In this document: piece after piece, positions 38,143 through 48,425 of the stretch
How the letters are laid out: each line of letters opens with the position of its first letter
Position numbering within the stretch: position 1 is the first letter of the stretch
Assembly (NCBI RefSeq): GCF_902713615.1
Contig: NW_024056015.1
Location: 1 to 64,000, forward strand
Length of the DNA stretch: 64,000 nt
Direction of reading: 5' to 3'
From: Scyliorhinus canicula
Lineage: Eukaryota
Program-made: the position numbers and the translations under genes
Notes under the pieces: model-generated
What the model was told of the DNA's origin: nothing
Seen by the model: the letters and a program-made list of their open reading frames with translations, nothing else
The model's database searches: none

Positions 38143-38200
38143 ATGACCAGAAGGATGAGGTGGGCCATTTCTCTCAGTTTGTTGCTGACTTTCTTATCCC
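38143..38200 (+). CDS. IGHV: IgM VH leader exon (MTRRMRWAISLSLLLTFLS)
   Basis: Hydrophobic signal exon with C|GTGAGT donor, phase-compatible with the exon at 38327. Confidence 0.9.
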
Positions 38201-38326
38201 GTGAGTAGTTTTTATTGTCCAAGTCTCTCACTGTTACTGTCTCAGTGTTAGTCTCTCTGGAATGTTCCAGAGTCACCAATCATTTCACCAGCATTAATCC
38301 TCGGGCCTTTTGATATATTTTTACAG

Positions 38327-38628
38327 TTGTCCAGTCGGATGTTGTGTTGACTCAGCCAGAGGCAGAGACCGGGCGTCCCGGAGGCTCCCTGACACTGACC
38401 TGTAAAACCAGCGGCTTCGATCTCGGCAGCTACAGCACGCACTGGGTCCGCCAGGTTCCCGGACAGGGGCTGGAGTGGCTGGTTTGGTACTACAGTTCAT
38501 CAGACAACAGCTACGCCCCAGCCATTAAAGATCGATTCACTGCGTCCAAAGACATTTCAAACAACATCTTCTCTTTGGCCATGACGAACCTGAAGACCGA
38601 AGACACCGCAATCTATTACTGTGCAAGA
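38327..38628 (+). CDS. IGHV: Shark IgM VH exon ([42 protein letters not shown]...[10 protein letters not shown])
   Basis: Acceptor ttttacag, open frame, VH motifs [20 protein letters not shown] and YYCAR. Confidence 0.97.
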
Positions 38629-38637
38629 CACGTGGGT
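38629..38637 (+). other. IGHD: Probable germline V-D1 junction (CAC plus D1 remnant GTGGGT)
   Basis: No RSS directly after YYCAR; GTGGGT resembles the 3' end of shark IgM D1 as I recall it; only two ~390-bp inter-segment intervals are present instead of three. Confidence 0.65.
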
Positions 38638-38687
38638 CACAGTGCTGTGCACAGTGCTGTGCACAGCGACATCCTCATACAAAAACC
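38638..38687 (+). other. RSS with tandem heptamers: CACAGTG 38638, CACAGTG 38650, CACAGCG 38662; nonamer ACAAAAACC 38679-38687
   Basis: Spacers to the nonamer are 34, 22 and 10 bp; only the middle heptamer gives a usable (22-bp) RSS. Confidence 0.85.
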
Positions 38688-38999
38688 TCAGTGATAGAGT
38701 TTGTTCAAATTGGTGATCAGCGCTACAGCAGGATCGTCAATGTAAATGAGTTTTAAATAAAACAAAGTTTGGAAGTAATATTAGTTTGCAAAAAGGTATA
38801 AAAATCTTCCACTTTATCACTGTCGACCGACTCACTAAATCTGCCCAGAGGGTTTAAAGGTGTTCCGATCTTCTTTATAAATTTAATGACACGGACAAGC
38901 TGAAATAACTCACCCATTCGCTCTTGGAAGAGAGAGAGTTAGTTTTTTGGGAGAGCAGTGAAATCAAATCTCTGTATTTTACAGTTAACAGTCTGCCGC

Positions 39000-39063
39000 A
39001 GTATTTGACACGCTGTGTCTCACTGTGATAACTGGCACAGCAGTTACTGTCAATACAAAAAGC
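39000..39063 (+). other. IGHD: IgH D2 segment ATAACTGG (39028-39035) with 12-RSS on both sides
   Basis: AGTATTTGA-12-CACTGTG | ATAACTGG | CACAGCA-12-ACAAAAAGC. Confidence 0.9.
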
Positions 39064-39390
39064 CCCTCAGCACTAATTCACTGAGGCTGGCTCAGTGCTC
39101 GCTTTTACAATCCAACTTTATTTGCGTGAAGTATTATTCATGTCCAGCACTGCCTAAATAATAAGAATTAATTTGAAAAATCTGTGATAATTATTCACTC
39201 ATTTGTTAGTGATTTCAATAACATGTTCCTGTGTTACTCTGAAATATAAAACATTGGGGTCATTTCAGAACAGCAAGGGACATCCACAAATACAATTATA
39301 ATTTAATGAAAATTCATTACCTGTTTACTTTGCCGCTGGATTGTGAATATTTAAAATAATGATGGATTTCTGTCTATTTTGTGCAGGTGC

Positions 39391-39429
39391 GGTTATTGTA
39401 TGGTGCAGTCCAGGGAATGTGACACTGTG
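39391..39429 (+). other. 23-RSS of JH (GGTTATTGT-23-CACTGTG)
   Basis: Nonamer 39391-39399, heptamer 39423-39429. Confidence 0.92.
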
Positions 39430-39477
39430 ACTATCTGGGCTACTGGGGACAGGGGACCATGGTGACGGTGACTGCAG
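39430..39477 (+). CDS. IGHJ: IgM JH segment (YLGYWGQGTMVTVTA)
   Basis: WGQG motif, G|GTAAG donor in phase with Cmu1. Confidence 0.96.
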
Positions 39478-42400
39478 GTAAGAACTGTTCCATTATTTAT
39501 GAACTGTTTTACTTGAGTCTTTATTTCATTTATTTTTTTCTATTTTGACTATGCATTCGTTCACTGAATTGCGGGTTTGCTGGATTCTTTATTGAGATTT
39601 TGTTGTAATGTTTCATGTGATTCTGCTGAAAAAGGAATTTCTCTGCCTTTTGATAAAAGAAGCCGCCGAGGCATTCAGTCCCTGGTTGTTATGATTTGAT
39701 GTTTAATTGCTGAGGATACCGTGTGGCTGAGTACTTTAATACCGAACGTCTGTTAAACAGTTTGTATTTCTGCAATGTTTAATCTCGGTGATATCTGGTG
39801 GCTGCAGGTTTTACCACCTCCTGTACAAGTGTTAGAAATCTGCCCAATATTAACAAAATATGCTGAAGCATCTCTGTCAATTTATTGAACACTTCCCGCT
39901 TATTGACAATGCTGATGATATTCTTCCATATTTTTGTTTGTTATAATTGTTCATTCACTTGCTGAAAGGCGGATTTGGTGGGTTCTAGATTGAGATTTTC
40001 TTGAAATGCTGTTTGATTCTGTTGAAAGCGTTTGTAGAATTGAGATGGTTCTGCAAGAGGCGAATTTCAGCCCGTCGTTGATGTCATTTGGTGTATTTCT
40101 GCTCAGGAAATTCTGTCTGGGTGATTTTGAATGAGTAAAGTTTGTGAAACGGTTCTGGCGTTTCGATGTTCTTTAAACTCGTTGATATTGAGCGGTTCCA
40201 TGTTTTGTAATTGAATGAAAACAATACACGTGTTTGAAACTGCTTGACACGCGATTGTAGGCAGAAAACAGTCATGGTTTTAGAGTTTTAAAAAAGCGAT
40301 GATTGCAGATTAAACCACAGTTTAAAATGTTGTATCCGAACATAATTTGTGACTGCAATCACAGCCAGGCTTTTCTTCATTGTTCCATCTTGGTGGGATT
40401 GATGGATGCAGCTTTTATGTCTCCTGTCAACTGTTTAAATGCGTTTGAAATATGGCCCAACATGAATAAAATGTGGTAAAGTTTCAAAAATATTTGGACA
40501 TACCCCACATACTCACAATGCTATTACTGTTATCCTGTATTTCTAGTTAGTTTGATAATTCATACATGTGGTGGCGAACTGGTGTGCTGGATTCGATATT
40601 CGATGTTTTTGAAATGTTACGTTTGATTCTGTTGAATATAGAATTTAGCTGCTTCTCAATGAAACGTTCAGTCCTGGCGATGAGTTTTGGTGTTTTCCTG
40701 CTGAGGAGATAGTGTGTCTGTGTGACTTTGAATAAGTACAATTTGTGAAGCGGTTTTCTGTTTCTTCGTTGTTTCTGCATTGTTCAAACTGGGTGACATT
40801 GAGCAGTTACACGTTTTCTGGTTAAATGTAGAAAGGTTTGGGCGTTTGAATCTCCTTGAAGCACAATGGTAGGGAGTAAACGCGGCAGGTTTCGAAAATA
40901 AAGAAAGGAATTAAAGATTTGAGAGACATTTTAAAATTTTACCTAATGGTGACTGATTAAATTAAATCATGTCGTCATTAAGAACACAATTCGTTACTGC
41001 AATCTGAAACTATTTAATTAAAACGTTTGCAAATTAGTGAGTAAAATTAATGTAGCTTAAACAATTATAATGCGGTGTTATAACCATATTATCCAAATAT
41101 GTTTTCCTATTAATATCACTAATGATCAATCGCCTTCCACAATTCTGCTGTGCTCTGCACACCATTAGCATGGCCGGAAAATTTTCTGGGCTGGGAATAT
41201 TTTGTGATTATTTATGAAACTGTTTTAATAATAACATACTGATTCTACAGCACTGTTCAGTTACACAAGATATATTTGAATTATTTTTTATTTCTCTGAT
41301 TACGTTTGCAGTTACTTAAATAGGAGTTTTATATTGCAGTTTGGCAATTTATGTATTATTTATGTGCAGAAGCTCGAATATTATCTCTTCAGCGTCATTT
41401 GTCATTGTCTCTAATCTAATCATAAAGAGTTTCTCAGAGGTGGAAGTCGCTGACAGTGCAGGAATTGTTCTTATGATTGTATCTGAATTGTAGGAATGTT
41501 CATGCTGCTCATTGCTGGAGACGCAGTAAAAGCTTGAAATGCAAAGAGATTAATTTAATTACAAAAGGAAAATATTAGCTTTGCAAAAAATAATAACGTC
41601 CTATCTCGCATAGATGTGCTGTACACAATATAACATTATAGAAATAAAACAAATTATACAACAGAAGAATAGATTATATCTGAGCCTCAAGCTTATTTCT
41701 TATTAAATCATAAATTGAACAAGAACATTTCGCCATCATTTTCTCATTATGTTTCAGTGATGTAGAGGATCTGACTGAGTAGTTTTCACTAAGTTTTGCA
41801 CTCATTAATTTGGATCTCCTTTCTTTAAGCAATATTTTCAATAATAAAAAGTTAATCGAATTGCCTGAATGATTAAATCGCGGAAACACTTTTATTGATC
41901 ACAAACTACCAAGGAATTTATTGTTAGAGATGTAGTTTCGAGTTACAACAGTTTAGCAATTTGGGAGTACTGCTTTAACAAACAGATGATATATTACACA
42001 TGTCTGAATTATTCCATCCGATAATTTGAAGTTTAATATTTAATTAAATCCAAATTATTTAGCAAATTTCAGGCAGGAGCAGGTTTCGAATGACAGAGAA
42101 CCATTTTTTATTATTTATATTAAACAGTACAAATCAGCTGACAGGTCAACTAATTGACAATTGGCAATAACTTGCAACGTGACATTAGTACTAACTAATT
42201 CAACATAAATTAATTCCTACAATTGAGTAGTACACTGGCGTGCCATATCAAAGCTATTGGAGAATGTTTAATTGTACTGAAAATAATTTAGAAAATAATA
42301 CATTTATTTACTCAGGTTGAAGAGGTGGCCCGCCTCGATTGTTTTATTGATTGTATTTAATTAGAAAATTGCATCAAATCAGGTCATCGGTTTCCAATAT

Positions 42401-42919
42401 GAATGTTTCCTGGTTTGTTTATTTCTTAGCAAACACTGGATCTCTGTCACGGACATTAAACTCCTCTCAATCTGTTATAGTTAATGTGATCATTCTCCGT
42501 GATAATACATTGTGCCCAGTTCAGACAGGCAGGAGAAATAGCTGAAAGGCGAAGGGAGTTTGAAATTAATATCAGTTTCATTTCAAAGAGGTTATTGAAT
42601 TCTTATTGTGGTAAGTTGACCATTTATCAATTAGAATCGAGCAGTTTGAATGATTCGTTCCCCTGTGTTTCAGAGTGACATTGGACATTCTAAGTATTCT
42701 CTCATCCACACACTGTTTCTCCCTCACACACTCCCTCTCTCCCACAAACGCGGAGTATTCCTCAAACATACAGGCACTCTCTCTCACAGACACTCTCACA
42801 TACACAATAGCTCTTCAAAAACACACAGCCTCTCTCTCACACACACATTCGGTCACCCAGACGCACTACCTCACTCTCTCATTCTCTTACATACTCTCTG
42901 TCTCCATTAAGAACGGATC

Positions 42920-43420
42920 TAACCACCGCCCCTTGACATTCACTGGCATTACCATAATTGAATCCCCACTCGAAACCTCCTGGGGGTTACCATGAACCAG
43001 AAAGTGATCTGGATGAGTCATATAAATTTTGAGGCCAGAAGAACAGATCAAAGGTGAGGAATCCTGCGGTGAAAAACTCATCTCCTGACTCCCCAAAGCC
43101 TGTCCACCATCTAAAGATCCGCTGCAGAAACTCATCATGTCTCCTTAGGCAGCACCTTCCAAACCCCTGGCAGCGGCCATCTGGACAAGGACAGCAGACA
43201 CATGGGAACACCACCAACTGGAAGCTCAACTCCAAGTCACTCAGCATCATGACTATAAAATATATCACCGTTCCTTCAGTGCCGCTGGTTCAAAACCATG
43301 TAACTGACTCGGGGAAACACCACATGGACTGCACTGGTTAAAGAAGGAAGCTCGCCACCTTCTCAAAGGCAGTGAGGGATGGAAAATAAATGCTGGCCCA
43401 GCCAGAGACGCCGACATCAC
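42920..43420 (+). mobile_element. Degenerate LINE 3' fragment
   Basis: Homologous to 19200-19720 and 20170-20300. Confidence 0.6.
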
Positions 43421-43574
43421 AAGAATGAATAACCAGAACACACTGTCCGTGATACAATATGGCAAGAATTTTACAGGCAGAAAAATCCCATTTGCAAAAT
43501 GAAAATCCATTAAGTTGCAGGAATGATCATTGTCCCAGTTCTAAATTATTTGTGGAAAACGAAATTACATCGGC

Positions 43575-43956
43575 ATTAAAGCAGCTGCCCAGTGATCTAC
43601 ACTGCTGTCTGACTGTACACAGCCAGTGTTACTGAAAGTATTAAAGCAGCTGCCCAGTGATCTACACTGCTGTTTGACTGTACACAGCTAGTGTTACTGA
43701 CAGTATTAAAGCAGCTGCCCAGTGATCTACACTGCTGTTTGACTGTACACAGCCCGTGTTACTGACAGTATTAAAGCAGCTGCCCAGTGATCTACACTGC
43801 TGTCTGACTGTACACAGCCGGTGTTGCTGAAAGTATTAAAGCAGCTGCCCAGTGATCTACACTGCTGTCTGACTGTACACAGCCGGTGTTACTGACAGTA
43901 TTAAAGCAGCTGCCCAGTGATCTACACTGCTGTCTGACTGTACACAGCCGGTGTAT
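43575..43956. repeat. Minisatellite, 65-bp unit, ~6 copies
   Basis: ATTAAAGCAGCTGCCCAGTGATCTACACTGCTGTCTGACTGTACACAGCCGGTGTTACTGACAGT recurring at a 65-bp period. Confidence 0.95.
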
Positions 43957-44139
43957 CAAAGCTGATCAATGTGGAGAATCAGGACAGGATCGATGGTGAG
44001 GAAGAGGAGGAGGTGGGGGTGGTGGAGCCGAATGGAAGAGCCCTCAGCTCGGCTGTGGACAACAGGCAACAGAAAGCTGAGCCTGAGCTGAAAATCATCC
44101 AGATAAACATCGTCCTAATGGGCTGGGAACACCCGAGAA

Positions 44140-46765
44140 TGATCACTCACACATGTGCACTCACTCACCTATCTTCACTCATTCGCTTACCCTCACTCAC
44201 TCACCATACTCACAGTCACTGATTGACCCTCACTCCTCTATCCTCACACCCACCCTCACTCACCTACCCTCACACCCACCCTCACTCAGCTACCCTCTCA
44301 TCCACACTCACTCACCTATCCTCATTCACTCAGTCTCACTCACCTACCATTCCATTCATCCTCACTCACCCACCCTCTTTCACTCAACCTCACTCACCTA
44401 CCCTCACTCAACTATCCTCACACTCCCACCCTCATTTACCCACCCTCACTCCCCCCATCTACTGTCACACCCACCCCCACTCTTGAACACTCACTCAAGC
44501 ATACTCACACTTCCCACGCTCACTCACCTACCCTCCCTGACACACTCTCACTCACTCACCCTCCCTGACACACTCTCTCTCACCCACCCTCCCTGACACA
44601 CTCTCACTCATCCCACCCTCCCTGACACACTCTCACTCACCCACCCTCCCTGACACACTCTCACTCACCCACCCTCCCTGCCTCACTCTCACTCACCCAC
44701 CCTCCCTGGCACACTCTCACTCACCCACCCTCCCTGCCTCACTCTCACTCACCCACCCTCCCTGGCACACTCTCACTCACCCACCCACCCTGACACACTC
44801 TCACTCACCCACCCTGACACTCACTCACCCTCACTCACCCACCCTCCCTGACACACTCTCACTCAGCCACCCTCCCTGACACACTCACTCACCCACCCTC
44901 CCTGACACACTCTCACTCATCCACACTCCCTGACACACTCTCACCCACCCACCCTCCCTGACACACTCACTCACCCACCCTCACTCACCCACCCTCCCTG
45001 CCATACCATCACTCACCCATCCTCCCTGACACACTCTCACTCACCCACCCTCACTCACCTACCCTCACACCCACCTTCACTCACCCACCCTCACACCCAC
45101 CCTCACTCATCTACCCTCACGCCCACCCTCACTCAGCTACCCTCTCATCCACACTCACTCGCCTATCCTCATTCACTCAGTCTCACTCACCTACCATTCC
45201 ATTCATCCTCACTCACCCACCCTCATTCACTCAGCCTCACTCACCTACCATTCCATCCATCCTCACTCACCTACCCTCATTCACTCACGCTCACTCACCT
45301 ACCCTCACTCAACTATCCCCACACTCCCACCCTCATTTACCCACCCTCACTCACCCCCCCCGATCTACTGTCACACCCACCCCCACTCTTGAACACTCAC
45401 TCAAGCATACTCACGCTTCCCACGCTCACTCACCCACCCTCCCTGACACACTCTCTCACACACCCTCCCTGACACACTCTCTCTCACCCACCCTCCCTGA
45501 AACATTCTCACTCATCCACCCTCCCTGACACACTCTCTCTCACCCACCCTCCCTGACATGCACACACTCACCCACCCTCCCTGACACACTCTCACTCACC
45601 CACCCTCCCTGACTCACTCTCACTCACTCACCCTCACTCACCCACCCTCCCTGACACACTCTCACTCACCCACCCTCACTCACCCACCCTCACTCACTCA
45701 TCCTCACACTCCCACCCTCCCTGACACACTCTCTCTCACCCACCCTCCCTGACACTCTCTAACTCACCCACCCTCCCTGACACACTCTCACTCATCCACC
45801 CTCCCTGACACACTCTCACTCACCCACCCTCGGTGACACTCACCCACCCGCCCTGACACACTCACACACCCTCCCTGACACACTCTCACTCACCCACCCT
45901 CGGTGACACTCACCCACCCTCCCTGACACACTCACCCACCCTCCCTGTTACACTCTCACTCACCCACCCTCTGACACACCCTCACTCACCCACCCTGACA
46001 CACTCTCGCTCACCCACCCTCCGACACACTCTCACTCACCCACCCTGACACACAATCACTCACCCACCCTCCGACACACTCTCACTCACCCACCCTCACT
46101 CACCCACCCTACCTGACACACCATCACTCACCACCCTGACACACTCCCACCCTCCCTGACACACTCTCTCTCACCCACCCTCCCTGGCACTCTCTCACTC
46201 ACCCACCCTCCCTGACACACTCTCACTGACCCACCTTCCCTGACACACTCTCACTCACCCACCCTCCCTGACACACCCTTACTCACCCACCCTCACTCTC
46301 CCACCCACCCTCACTCTCCCACCCACCCTCACTCAATCTCACACACCCTGATTCAGTAACCCACACTCACTCACACATTCTCACTCATCCTCATTCAACT
46401 ACCATCACTCACCCTACCTCACCCACACTCACTCACCCTCTAACTCATCATCACTCTCCCGTCCTCCCTCACACGCCTACCCTGTTGCATTTCACCCTCA
46501 TTCACATAGCCTCACTCATTCACCCTCACTTACAAAGACTTGCACCCACCCTCTTTCATTCGCCTTCTCTCATACTTCCTCACTCACACACCGGACGCAC
46601 CTACTCTCCATCGCCCACTATCACTCACCCTCATTTACTCCCTCACCCACACTCACTCCCACTCACCCACACTCGCTCTCTCACTCTCATTCACGCACCC
46701 TAATTCACCCTCACTCACCCCCCCACCCCCCCCCCCCACCCCCTCACACACACACCCACTAATTC
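44140..46765. repeat. C-rich low-complexity array (CACTCACCCACCCTCCCTGACACACTCT-like, ~28 bp) with an internal duplication (~44270-44540 vs ~45120-45445)
   Basis: Direct inspection; the plus strand is almost devoid of G. Confidence 0.9.
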
Positions 46766-46773
46766 TCAATGAC

Positions 46774-47866
46774 GGGGGAAGGAACAGAGAGCCGGGGGAA
46801 GGGGCAGAGAGCCGGGGGAAGGGGCAGAGAGCCGGGGGAAAGGACAGAGAGCCGCGGGATGGAGCAGAGGGCCGGGGGAAGGAGCAGAGAGTCGGGGGTA
46901 GGTGCAGAGTGCCGGGGAAAGGAGCAGAGAGCCGGGGAAGGAGCAGAGAGCCAGGGGAAGGGCAGAGAGCCGGGGGAAGTGCAGAGAGCCGGGGAAGGAG
47001 CAGAGAGCCGGTGGAAGGGGCAGAGAGCCGGGGGAAGGGCAGAGAGCCGGGGGAAGTGCAGAGAGCCGGGGGAAGGGACAGAGAGCCGGGGAAGGGGCAG
47101 AGAGCCGGGGGAAGGAGCAGAGAGCCGGGAGAAGGGGCAGAGAGCCGGGGGAAGGAGCAGAGAGCCGCGGGAAGGTGCAGAGAGCCGGAGGAAGGTGCAG
47201 AGAGCCGGGGGAAGGAGCAGAGAGCCGGGGGAAGGAGCAGAGAGCCGGAGGAAAGTGCAGAGAGCCGGGGGAAGGGGCAGAGAGCCGGGGGAAGGTGCAG
47301 GCAGCCGGGGGAAAGAGCAGAGAGCGGGAGGAAGGTGCAGAGCGCTGGGGGAAGGAGCAGAGATCCGGGGAAGGGGCAGAGAGCCGGGGGATGGAGCAGA
47401 GAGCCGGGAGAAGGGGCAGAGAGCCGGGGGAAGGAGCAGAGAGCCGAGGGAAGGTGCAGAGAGCTGGAGGAAGGTGCAGAGAGCTGGGGGAAGGAGCAGA
47501 GAGCCGGGGAAGGAGCAGAGAGGCGGAGGAAAGTGCAGAGAGCAGGGGGAAGGAGCAGAGAGCCGGAGGAAAGTGCAGAGAGCAGGGGGAAGGAGCAGAG
47601 CGCCGGGGGAAGGAGCAGAGAGCCGGGGGAAGTGTAGGGACCCCGAAGAAGTGCAGAGGGGGTTTGCAGAGAGCTGGGGGGGGGGGGGAGTGCAGAGAGC
47701 CGGGAAAGGTGCAGCGAGCCGCAGGAAAGGTGCAGAGTGCAGGGGGAAGTGCAGAGAGCCGGAGGAAGTGCTGGGAGCCGGGGGAAGGTGCAGCGGGCCA
47801 CAGGAAAGGTGCAGAGAGCCTGGGGAAGTTGCAGAGAGCCGGTGGAAGTGCTGGGAGCCGGGTGAA
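46774..47866. repeat. G-rich minisatellite, ~20-bp unit GCAGAGAGCCGGGGGAAGGA, ~55 copies
   Basis: Direct tandem repeat; purine-rich on the plus (sense) strand. Confidence 0.95.
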
Positions 47867-48425
47867 GTGAGGACAGACGGAAGAAAGTCTATGGAGTGGG
47901 CGATAAGCGATAAGGATCGGGGTTAAGTGCACAGTGCTGGCGAAAGGCTCAAAGGGCCCGCAGAAAGTGCTAGGAACCGGGAAAAGCCCAAAGAACTGGG
48001 CAAAATACAGCGCTCAGCGCAGAGAGATGAGGGAACGCTCAGAGAGCGCGGGGCGGGGTGCGGGGGGATTGCAAACAACCCGGTCTCAGTGACAGGCGGA
48101 ATGTGGAGTTAACGCCACAATCAGCACAGCCAGGATCTTACTGAATGAGGGAGTAGGCTCGACGGGCCGAATGGCCGCCTCCCACTGTTAATGTGCATGA
48201 TCCGAAAATAGAGAATGTTGCTCTTACTTAAATATAGAGTTTTGTTGTAATTATATAAATGTGCATTCCGAAGGTATTTTTCAAGCAAAGTCACTATTCT
48301 GTGGTTTTGGGGGTGGGGGTAGTGAGCTGGAGAGAGGAGGGGGCATCAGTCAGTTTGAACAAAGGGAATTTCCCAAAACTGCAAAGATACAAATGAAGAG
48401 ACAACTTCTTTATCACAAAGTGCTG

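Noticed and set aside
41538-41545. ATGCAAAG near-octamer in the J-C intron as an E-mu equivalent
   Set aside because: Imperfect single match in AT-rich DNA without a convincing E-box cluster.
43971-44150. Acidic ORF (EEEEEVGVVEP..) between two arrays, resembling an Ig TM spacer
   Set aside because: No TM helix or conserved WTT/STF motif, wrong position (upstream of Cmu1), no clear splice sites.
46540-47932. Five 320-390 aa ORFs on both strands (GAESRG / PALC repeats)
   Set aside because: Translations of the G-rich 20-bp minisatellite.
47930-47968. Isolated CACAGTG (and CACTGTG at 21237) as possible RSSs
   Set aside because: No acceptable nonamer at 12 or 23 bp and no adjacent coding segment.
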